Below, one piece after another: positions 24,501 to 35,294 of a stretch of 64,000 nucleotides of DNA. Every line of letters starts with the position of its first letter. Within the stretch, counting starts at the first letter, position 1. The stretch is from Zancudomyces culisetae HAW-14-8 (taxonomy: Eukaryota; Fungi; Kickxellomycota), in contig JBNJNM010000006.1 of assembly GCA_052426225.1 (NCBI GenBank), forward strand, positions 1-64,000, given 5' to 3'. Under the pieces are notes generated by a model that was not told the origin of the DNA, made no database searches, and worked only from the letters and a program-made list of their open reading frames with translations. A program made the translations under genes and the position numbers.

Positions 24501-26130
24501 CTTTGATAAGATTTTAAAACTCAAGCATTTCCTCAACACCCAACTCTAAAGACTTAATCATTTCATTGATAGGTTTATTCTATCAACGGGATCTAACCTA
24601 GATTATGAGTATAGTCAAACTAGATCTAAAGATCTGAAATACTCAATTGATATCACTCTAACTATTTAATTATAATATAAGGTTTTATGGTTTATTGTTT
24701 TGTACTCTCAAGAGTACTAAAAGATTATTGAATGTCCATTTAATACTAATTCAGCTTATTAGTTTTTAATTACTTTAGAAGTTGTAAATTGTAAAGGCTA
24801 AAATATTATTATTATTTAGATATTATCATTAAATGTTCTGTTTTCATGTTTAATATCCAATCATACCTATTGTAGTAATAACTGAAAATAGTGAAAATAA
24901 CTACGGATATTTATTCTGGCATGAAGGTCAAGGTGATATTGTATTAATCGAGTTTTCACATATATAAATTTCAGATAATTCAAATATGAAAACACATATT
25001 AATATAACACCTGGAATAAACAGTAAAGTTATTGAAGAGTATTCCCTAACCCCCAAAAAAACACAATTTACGGTTTTTAAAACTGTTTATTCTGCGATTT
25101 AGTTTGTAAATGAAACATTAAACAAACCAATTTAATTGATATTAAATTGATTGACCTGAATTGCATCTCAGATCCTAAAAATTCATTTTTTGACTCAAGA
25201 ACATACGGCGATCCTGAAAACTCCAATCAAGCTATAGCAAATATCGCTTTTTAGAACCCAGAAGGCTTAGAACTAACAGGAACCAATGAATATTTTTAAT
25301 AATAACCATGTAAATAATCTAAATACGAGTAGAGTTAAAGGATTGAGAAAAACAGTCGATTAAATACTCCTTACTCTGTTTGCAACATTCCTTTATATGG
25401 AATACATCTAGATCTATACTATTTCCATAGTTTAAATATAGATTTTCTTAAAGTTGACTTGCACTGTAAACTTCAAACCAATCAAAAATAAAAAATAAAA
25501 AAGCATTTAAATTCTTTGAAAACTCTAGAATTTTGGATACAATGCTTGATTTATCCTGCATATTTCTCTAAGCATATCTCCCGGAATATTTTTAATGAAA
25601 TACTTTGAAATGTGGTTAGTCAACACAAAATGAAAAACAAATGTTTTCATAGATACTGTTTTTTATTCCGTAAAACAGAGTTCAATACCGAATTATTTTA
25701 ATGTGGGAAAGCGAGTGGAAATTTTTTCATATACCGTGAAATGATTTATCAAAGCTTGGAGCATAAGGAAGATCAATAAACTGTTGTTACTTTATTAATA
25801 CATATGTCTTTTTTTAAATAATGATGTTCAAAATACATTTTTACCAGAGGAGCTACAAACCTAGACCTATGCATAATTTGATACTGCTCTATATAGTCGA
25901 ATTTTAGTGTGAGTAGAACAATAATTGCAGTGTTAATACCGATTTCAAGGTCATAATCCCTATATTGGTGGGTAAACATATTCATACAGTAGTATAATTT
26001 TGAACAAATCCCTTGGTCTGTGAAAAGTATAAAAGACATAGCCTGTTTTAACATCAAAAGAAGCTACATCACACTCTCTTGGAATTTAACAGTTTAGACT
26101 AGAATAGAAAAAAAAAGTAAAATCTCAAAA

Positions 26131-26610
26131 ATGATCAAGTCAGTAATTCTCAGCACTTTGGTAGCTAGCTCAGTTTTTGCTTTCAATGGACAGAACGCAC
26201 AGAATGCACAGAACCGAACTTTACAGGCTATAGGTAAAAACAGTGTTTCAGAGTCCAACTTCAACGAAATGCATTACGGACACAGTCGCAGACGCAGTCA
26301 AATGACAGTTGAACTGTTCCGTACCGGCTCCGGACAAATTGATCCACTTGCTGTCGGCAAGGCTGTTAGTAATCCACAAGGTACTTTCAATATCAGACCA
26401 AATAAGTGCTACTCAGCACCGCAGTTTGCAGCCGTAAAAATGAGAGGCTCGAATATCAGCAAAGGTGCATTTATGGCTTGCACCCAGTCCGGTTGTACAG
26501 GTCTGTGCTATACCTATCCTATGAGCCAAGGATCTTCAATTAATGAATTATGGAATATTTTTGGCAGTCGGTGGGCTGTGTCTTATTCTTGGATTTCTCC
26601 ATACTTTTAA
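26131..26610 (+). CDS. Small secreted Cys-containing protein
   Basis: Signal peptide MIKSVILSTLVASSVFA, pro-region ending SRRR, KCY and C-x4-C-x-G-x-C, terminal S-x-x-W. Confidence 0.87.
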   Translation: MIKSVILSTLVASSVFAFNGQNAQNAQNRTLQAIGKNSVSESNFNEMHYGHSRRRSQMTVELFRTGSGQIDPLAVGKAVSNPQGTFNIRPNKCYSAPQFAAVKMRGSNISKGAFMACTQSGCTGLCYTYPMSQGSSINELWNIFGSRWAVSYSWISPYF

Positions 26611-27870
26611 AATGTTGTACTATAAGCATCTAGATTAGATATTTTTTTGATTATAGAGCTATTTAGAACAGTTAGATAAATAAATAACTTGTAATCAAAT
26701 AATGCTAAAAATCAAGAGTATTATCATGGTTAAACGTTAAAGAGGCGTGATAGTAATACCACGCCAGATAAATAGTTAATATCTAACGGATAGGTAAACT
26801 AAAAATGAAGATATAATTGTAATTATTTTTAGTGAATAGAATGAAAGCCTATTGTTATTTTCGAACATACAAATACAATTATGTCTGCTTAATTCCTACC
26901 CATATCTAGCTCAGATGATGGTATAGAGGCAACGAGAAACAGTAAAATTTTGATTATCTATGGCTTATATTTATTTTTTTAATTAGGTTATTGTTTTTTT
27001 AATATTATACAGTGATGTCTGTAATTTCATACTTTATAAATACAAATTTTCTAAAGTTAAACATTTTTATAATCGACTAGATACATTTACCTTTTTGATA
27101 TTAGGAACTAATCGGTAAAAACAAATGTTTAGAATGGTTTACGATTAATAATAATTATGGTACATTCGTAATGACATTGGACAAGTGAAGCATAATGATA
27201 CCTCACTTTGTGACATACTTTTATGTTGATTATGTTGTCAGCTTACCTAGTAAAAGGATTATAATAGATTCTAAACCGAGTTGTTTTAAAAATAAAGAAC
27301 ATGCAAAGCCAACATTTAAAGATGGAAAAAGAGCAAAAACAAAATATCACTGATGCCTAAATACTAGCTTTATCAACAAATATCACATGCTCCCTACAAA
27401 TAGCATTTATGACATATAGTTATTATAAACACAGCCTGTTAACGAAGTTTAATATCATTATATAATCAGTACCTATAAAAAGTAGGAATTAAAAAAATCG
27501 CCAATCCAACCTACTCGTTTGAGTATCATTTAGTAGCCATGATTTATTTATTTTTTGTTTTGCATAACGAATCTGTGAGGTAAATATCACAAAAGATAAA
27601 ATAGTACCAGAAAAATAATCCATCATCTTATTCTGTCTCTTGCACACATTTCTTTCTTTCCCTCTGCCTCACATACTCTCTACCATTTTTCAGATATATT
27701 TGTTGAACTACAACTTAAATCTTAAATATTTTATATATTACAACTAAACGCAAATGGTCCCACCGCAAATATGCCTAGTTTTGAAAGCTCGGTATACTCT
27801 TATAATCCAGCGAAATTTATTAAGAAAAGTATAATAAAAGCTATCAATAAAAGTGTGACTTTTAAGAACA

Positions 27871-29940
27871 CTAAAGCTTGGAGCTTATAGTACTAACAGG
27901 TTTTTCAATTGCAAATCTAGAAAATGTGTTTTGTAGCTCATCAAAAACTTCTTTTAGAATTTGTCGAAACTTCATGACGTCGGATTTGCCCGCTCTGGGT
28001 CCTCTTTTGCCCTCAATTCCTATTCTCAAGCTATTGGGGTTTATGGTATAATTCATTCCATAACCTTCCTGCATTTCAGAACATCCAAACCCAGTGTGTG
28101 AAAATAATTCGTTTGGAAACAGTCCAGATGTAGATAACTTCCATGTAGAGGATTTTGTGAATGCCGGATCGGAAAAGACAGCAAGCGCGCTAGCAAAATC
28201 GCAATATGGTTCGTACCCAAGTGGTCGCAAGCGGGAATAAGCCAACCTTAATCCAAGCATATGTCTATCTACTCCGTTACCACTAGATGCAATTCGAAGC
28301 ATTTGACTATGTTTTTTTGACGCAGCTGTAAAGGCGTTGTATTTCTCAATGTCGCTTGCACGCGGGTTGGTCATTGCATTTATAAAGGTTGCCATTTCAG
28401 TTGTAAGTGATCTAATTGTTTCAGTGCGTCCATGCTGATACATTCGAGTACTTGCCGATTCATAAGTTGGAGCAAGCTTACCATGTAGTTTGTAATAAGT
28501 AAGCTGGAGTGCCATCTGAAAGTAAGCATCAGGTGAGACTTTTAGCTTTTTTATAAAATTGGAACCATATTTTGGATATTGCAACGATATGCTCAGACTT
28601 TCTGCTTCAATATTTTTAAGCTCAATTTCAGTCTCTTTGATCATACCCATAACGTTTGTGGATACTTTACCAAATTTCAATCTAACTGGATTCTCGACCG
28701 AATCATCGTTATACTCTGGATGGTCTCTATTGAGCCCGGTTCTGGCAATGGCTCTAAATGCTGAGGGAGTAGGTTTATCCTTTTGTATTAAATTCTTTGC
28801 GTCATGCACCTTGGTAACTACATAATTGTATAGAGTTGCTGGTACAACAGCATCAGCAGGCGAGTGCTCTCCCGTCGCACCGAAATTCCCATTTCTATCT
28901 ATAACCATAGTCATGTGCTTATCATACCACCTGTTATGCCCAGGAATAGCTCCACTCTTTAGTAGTCTCTGAAAAGAATAATCATCACCCTCTTTTGGAA
29001 GACAAAAGTCTTCTAGTGAAAGAAAGAAGGCTGAGTGTTGGATTTCTTGAAAAGTTGATAGTGCTTCAGGGTTTGTATGCTGTGCCAGCTCAGCGTACGC
29101 TGCTGCCCATCTGTCACGATGCCCTCCTGTGAGTATGCCTATTGGTGGCTCGAGTTCATTATCTTTTAATTTCTGTACATCCTCAATAACTTTGGTTAAT
29201 AAATCCTCCAAATCGCCATCGAGAAGTCTCTGTCCCTTATTGGTGTACAGTGGCACTTTGTAGAGCTGGTTTCTGGCCATGACAATTGCATACTTTGTAT
29301 ATCCTGTGTATTTAAACATTTCATCACGTTCGGGTCGAGGCAATCTTGTTACGCCAAAAATTCGCTTGAATTGGTTCATACAAATGGGTCTTGGACCAAC
29401 TATGTGTGCTGGTAGCAGCCCATTTTCTACCATATCTTTAAAATCTACTGCTCTATTTATTATACCCGCTGCAATCCGAACCTGAAACTCGCTAAACCCA
29501 ACATTTGTTAGAACCTCTCTTCCCGACTCCATTGGTTCTATACCAACATCTCTATATCCTATCTGACCGTATGGTTTTGGATACGGGGTAAATGTTAGCC
29601 AATAGTTAGAGTTTATAAATAAAGGAGCTCGCCAACTCAGGTATGCCATTTCTTCCCACCAAAGTTCCAGCCAGCTAAACTGCTGAGTCTTTTCGAATTC
29701 TATTAGTCTTCTTTGAAGTAGATCAGCCTCGCTGTACATTATCTTTTGACCGTTGTTATCTGTGACCTCAAACCTTGGGGCTAAAAACCTATCAATTTTC
29801 TTTTGTGTTTCTTGAAGCTCAGTTTCAGTTAGATGTGGTTTAAGCGATTCGACGTATCTATCCATAGTTTGCTTCAAGGGGGGGATCGGCAACCGAGGCA
29901 AAGTAGAATCTGTGTCAAACGCTCTTTTTGCATGCTCCAT
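27871..29940 (-). CDS. Carnitine O-acyltransferase, peroxisomal (PTS1)
   Basis: LPRLPIPPL, NRWYDK, catalytic EHSPAD, SPDAYFQMALQL, YESASTR..HGRTE, GVDRH, LSTS; ends in SKL. Confidence 0.95.
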   Translation of the reverse strand: MEHAKRAFDTDSTLPRLPIPPLKQTMDRYVESLKPHLTETELQETQKKIDRFLAPRFEVTDNNGQKIMYSEADLLQRRLIEFEKTQQFSWLELWWEEMAYLSWRAPLFINSNYWLTFTPYPKPYGQIGYRDVGIEPMESGREVLTNVGFSEFQVRIAAGIINRAVDFKDMVENGLLPAHIVGPRPICMNQFKRIFGVTRLPRPERDEMFKYTGYTKYAIVMARNQLYKVPLYTNKGQRLLDGDLEDLLTKVIEDVQKLKDNELEPPIGILTGGHRDRWAAAYAELAQHTNPEALSTFQEIQHSAFFLSLEDFCLPKEGDDYSFQRLLKSGAIPGHNRWYDKHMTMVIDRNGNFGATGEHSPADAVVPATLYNYVVTKVHDAKNLIQKDKPTPSAFRAIARTGLNRDHPEYNDDSVENPVRLKFGKVSTNVMGMIKETEIELKNIEAESLSISLQYPKYGSNFIKKLKVSPDAYFQMALQLTYYKLHGKLAPTYESASTRMYQHGRTETIRSLTTEMATFINAMTNPRASDIEKYNAFTAASKKHSQMLRIASSGNGVDRHMLGLRLAYSRLRPLGYEPYCDFASALAVFSDPAFTKSSTWKLSTSGLFPNELFSHTGFGCSEMQEGYGMNYTINPNSLRIGIEGKRGPRAGKSDVMKFRQILKEVFDELQNTFSRFAIEKPVSTISSKL

Positions 29941-31144
29941 CTTTTTTTTTTTCTTAGGTGTTTATTTTAGATGTCTCTGGTTGATAATTAATTTTTTAGC
30001 TGTTTACGTTGCTCTGCCTTCTCACTCTCTTATCTAGCTATAATAGTTTATAGTTTATAAATTATAAATTATAATAAAGCACTTTATTCTGTTGGCAATA
30101 AGAATAATATCAGTTTACAACCACTAGATGTAAAAATCACTTGTGCATGAAGAGAGAATCCTACTCAGTATCCCGTTATATATTATCTGTTAAAAGTACA
30201 CCAAAGACTGAACGTGATTTTGGTTTTCCCAAGTCTCTGGATATAATTATTTCCTTGTATATATTCCGTGTGCTGCAGTGGTAAAAGTATCAAGTTGTAA
30301 TTTAAAACGCAGCCCCCCTCCCCTTTGTTTTTTCTTTATAGAATCCTTAGCTATAGATATTAATCTAAATTGTGATGTTTTTTCAAAAGTGTTAATTTTA
30401 TCTCGTTAAAACTTTAAGAACAAAAATTGAAAAGTGTTGTTTGAACTTTGCTTAAATGAAATTCAGCATGGTTGGTTTCAAAATTGCAATTTCACATTTT
30501 TCAAGTATCCGTTTTTGATTATTTTCAAATTGAATTTTCTGAACATGAAACTTTTTGGCTTGTGATTCTTCCAATTTAACGACATCCAGTGGTAGGGAAA
30601 TAAATGTAATATTTGGTCAAAATAAAAAAATGTGGCGAGCAAGTTCTGTTTTCAAATTCAGTGTAAATTATGCATTTCATTTTTATTAACTCAATCATGT
30701 TTAAAAATCATTTAATATGCAGCCTGTGTATCATTGGTGGGATTAAACAAGTGATATTGCTACCTAGGTCAAGCAGTCATTTCATTTGAAATCTCTAAAC
30801 CCCCCTGAAATCAGCAAATTCATGTGATTTTTTATATATTCACTCCCAGCTTTACCCGGAAAAGCAATACATTAACCATAAATACAAACAATAGTAAAAA
30901 TGCTGGTCTTGTTATAAACTAGAAAGATTTCTACAAATCACCCCATGGTTTATCTATTTATGTTTCTGATGCTTTTGATTCGAAAAACCCACAAATAAAA
31001 TTACAAAAATCAGACGACTATGAACTTCCAAAGGATCATGTGCATAAAATATCGAGTCAAAAAAAAAATGCGGGTATTAACTATGAATATAGCAAAGAAA
31101 AAAAGATATTGCACTATGCTCTTGCAAATACAAGAATATAAACC

Positions 31145-32570
31145 CTACTCTTGAAAAGCCTCAAAAAACCTTTTGTTCCTTTCCTCTATCGCTGAATCCT
31201 AGTTTTATAAAGATAGATCCATGGTAAACATGAGTTCAAGGTATTTTTTGGTTCATATGACTATTTTAAACTAGTAGATAAGAAAAATGAAAGGATGTAG
31301 TTTGATGTTACTCTTTCTTTTATGGCCTCTTGCAATTTAGAGTATGCCATTTCCAAGTCCTAAATAGTTACAAGCAAATAGTTATATAACGTTGAAGTCC
31401 TAATACCCAACATAAAGTATGCAATAAAGAATCAACTAGAAAGTTACAGGCGGGAGATCTGAGAATTCGTATAACTTTGATAGTTTTTCTTTTAGATCCT
31501 CGCAATAAGTAGCCACACTCTTGGATTTAGTGTCTATTGAATTCTGGAATGTTGATGGCATTTCTTTGGTACAGTCTTTATTGGCCTACTTGAATATCAT
31601 AATACACATCGTAAATTAAATAAAAAATGTAATACAGAAACATGTCACTATCCTTTCTGTATAAAACCTCGAAAGTTATTTTTAAGCAAATATGTATTAT
31701 GTTGACAACCTTTATCAATCTTGATTCATACTCCTTAGTCTTTTTATCAAGAGTATAAATATCTTTGTTGTATTGGTGTTCGTGTTTTTTATATGAAACA
31801 CTATCTGAATTGTATCTTTCAAGCACGCTGTATTTACATTTTAAAGAATCCACAACAGTTTATTATTATTTATAGTGACAAAGGAACATGGCAATCCATC
31901 AAATAAGGACTGCAACCAAAATCATTTTCGATTTAGTTAAATTAACACTTACCTTGCCAGCTGGCTGCATCTACTTTGAGATTGACTTTTCCTTTCTTCA
32001 AGCTCCCGGATCTTCTTATCTAGCCTTCTACAAAGCAGCCGCTTTTCATAAGCTTCTGTAATCAGTCTACTTTGAGCTGCCTGTATTTGTGGCACAGATA
32101 TCTCCGAAAGTCCTAGTTCCAGCGATATCAGGCTCAATTTATAAAGTTTATCTACAAATCCGAGTTGATCCAGATCAGTATACTTTCCCAACAGTTTTAA
32201 ATATAATGAATCGAGTTTAATTCTTTCGAGAATGTTTTCAAGTTCAACCTCTTTCATATTGCTATTTATTTTCATTAGCTGATTATGTGATTGAACAAAA
32301 TCCATCACTTCATTCAACAAATGAATATTCAACTTTGACCTTGTAGAAGTGCTAAACTCCTGGTCAGCACAATGGTCTCCTTCTACACACTTCACCGACT
32401 ATTTTATTTATTTATTTATTTATTCTGATTTTGATAACTTTTCAGAGACAATATAAATGACATTTACAAAGACAAAGAAAAAAAGTCTACGTATTATTCA
32501 GAATGGGATTATTTAGGTCTTGAAATAAACTCACCTCTATACAGTTACTTTCTTCATGCTTGCCCCTCAT
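31145..32570 (-). CDS. HAUS augmin-like complex subunit 1-like protein, 6 predicted exons
   Basis: GT-AG exons 32570-32535, 32398-31953, 31827-31710, 31585-31448, 31359-31312, 31198-31145 join in frame. C-terminus KKLSKLYEFSDLPPDLEMAYSKLQEA matches the HAUS1 DLPP-D-xx-A-xxK pattern. Exon 1 is least certain. Confidence 0.7.
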
Positions 32571-32888
32571 TATCTGTATAATTTATTTTGTTCGATAGAT
32601 TCGTGTTTGTAAAAGGACCTTGCAAGGTATTCAAATTAGAGCATTTTACTAATTGTCCTTGTATTGTAATGTAAAAATAAAACTAAATTAAATATAAAAC
32701 ATAAATATAAATTAAATGAGCCATTAGATCAATTAGTTTTACTGTTTGTTTACGTTTCAATTTGGAGCTAAAGAACAAAAACTTGATGTTTATTGGGTAT
32801 ACCCAAATCAGTGTAATTTCGCCTGGATTCAACACAATCATAACGTTTTAATCAAGCTCTGTGGTGCTGTTCTACAGCCAAATGCACT

Positions 32889-34977
32889 TCAGCTTTGAAG
32901 AAATGGAGTTTTCCTACGAGATTTTTATATTTATTTTATTATCTTTTATTATATTTTCTTTAATTGTGCACCTTGGTGTTGCCACCAGATACTTTTGTAA
33001 TCGAAAACAAAAAGTTTGAAAACAATAGGGATAGAATTAAAAATTAAAATACCCAATTCTAAATCTACGTAATCTATACAGTTGTGAAGCTGAGGCTGTT
33101 GTTAAAGGATGTGAAAGTACTCCCAAAACAGTAGAGGTTGTGGGTATATTCAAAGATTCTAGCTCTTTCGGCTCAGTTAAAACCTTGCTGAATGGGCTAT
33201 TAAAAAGAAGGATATAACATATAATCTTGGCCATTCCTGATCCAAGCAAGATATCAATTGGGTATACTGGTACGCGCTGGTTCCTAAAGATGACATCGCT
33301 TTCAGTCTTGCATATATCCTCATACTCATAATTGGAGAGTGGGATCCTTTCAAAATCCGGCTGTTTTTTTAGCTTAAATGGCACGTACGAAAGTCCAGCA
33401 TGGAGGTTTTTTACTAGTTCACTTTCAAGTGCGTCGTAATTCAGTAATACGCTTTCTATCTCGCTAGATTTAAAAGCAGACACACTTTTCATAAATTCAC
33501 TCGATAAATACCCAAAATCGAGAATATATTGAAAGTTTGAATCATTCAGTTCCAACCCTAAGAGATCATTGTCGTGTTCATACGTGTCAGCAGCTTGTGA
33601 TGGTGATGGGCTTGAAGAGTTTTCGGATTTTATTTGAATGCTGTATTTGTGGATATCATCAAATGTTGTGGTTGATTTTTCAAACAAGTCTGGATTCTGT
33701 AGCTTTCTCATGTTCAGTGGTAACGCGGCCAACTCGGTAAGAAACCTGATTTTTAAAAGTTTCTCGATATGCTCACACATATCTACTCTTAACCTCCCAA
33801 TCCGGTTTTCTATCTTTTTTTTCCCTAAAGTAAGAGCATCAAAACCTGCTAGTTAATAGAGCGCCTTTGCTATATTTCCCGTTTAGATTTGCAATATTAA
33901 GGAAATCGTGGTAGGTATTATGCTATAAAATCATAAAAAAGCGCAAGGGAGGGAAGGGAACTAAGATAATCGATTTCAATAAATAGCAGAAATAGGGAAG
34001 AAAAAAAAACAGCTGAATGCTGGTATTTTACATATCTGGCAATAATCACAAAAACACAAAGTAATAGGAGGTTACCTTCGTAAACAAAGTTCACTATACC
34101 ATGGGGAGATGATGGAATATAGAAAGATATACCGCCATATCTAGGGGATTGGCGTGATTCATCGATAACAAGCACGCCTAGACTCTTTGAATTGTCGCTC
34201 ATTTCGAACAGATTTGTTTTGCTACTTTTCACCCTGATCAGCATATCTAGTTGTATAATATTGTATACTCAGATATTAGGTTAAAATATCTTGAATATAT
34301 TCTTGCGTTTTAAATTAATCAATAAACGTAATTCAGTTGGTGCTTATAAGTTTAAGATTGTAAAGAAAAGGCAAGGGGGGCGGGGGAAGAAAAGTTGATA
34401 AAATGATGATATTACCTCGTGGAAACAGCATTTTGGAATACTCACACTTTCGTAAGCCTGATGTCAGCATTTTTACGAACGTATTTGATTCGACATTTTT
34501 GCGAAACAAAAGCAGTTCAGGTTCGCTTTTAACAAGCTTGATAAAGCGGTTGTATTGTCTCCGTACATATCGTTGTTTTCTCTCCAGTACTGATTCGGCT
34601 CTATCTCTAGGAATGTATCCATCCTTATCGTGGGCAGCCCTCTCACTTTTGAGCAGGTCCCTCATATTGGGTAAAGTGGGCTCCAAGTTGTAATCAATGT
34701 CAATATCTTTCAGGCGGTTTGGCAGTTTATATTCGAATCTTGGTCGTTTGAATTTAACCTGTTTTTGTTTAATTTGATTAAATTTATCAATGATTCTTTG
34801 GACTCCTGGATCAACATTTTCCAATTCTTCAACTATATCTAAACCTTTATATGAATCTGAAACTAGTGAATTTTTGCAGATTTTGTTGTGCGTCGAATAT
34901 GGCTTTTTACAATTCAGCCCAGACACGAAGAAGGAATTTGATTTGAAAACATTAGAGTAATTTATTTTGGCGAGCAT
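32889..34977 (-). CDS. Uncharacterised, probably mitochondrial protein, 4 predicted exons
   Basis: Basic presequence-like N-terminus; exons 34977-34416, 34246-34076, ~33848-33053, 32913-32889 splice in frame and merge three ORF-track ORFs. Last exon tentative. Confidence 0.65.
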
Positions 34978-35294
34978 CTTTGATTATATTGTGTACCTAT
35001 AGATAATAGCACCCTCCCTCACATCCTAAAACACAATCTAGAGTCGGAGATAAACAGAAAGGAAACTAGCTATCCAGGATAACATTGAATATGACCTTTA
35101 AGTGCACTGCGTAAAAAATGATTTTTTTTTTCATCAACATTTTTGTTATTACAGATTACAAGAACAATGGAACAAATGGCAAAGAAAAAAATGAAAAAAA
35201 AAAACAAGCAAAAAAAAATGATTTGTGAAAGGCAAATTGTCAAAACGAATTTTGAAAACAAAGAGGTTAGAAAGTCTAAAGCAGATACAAAAAA

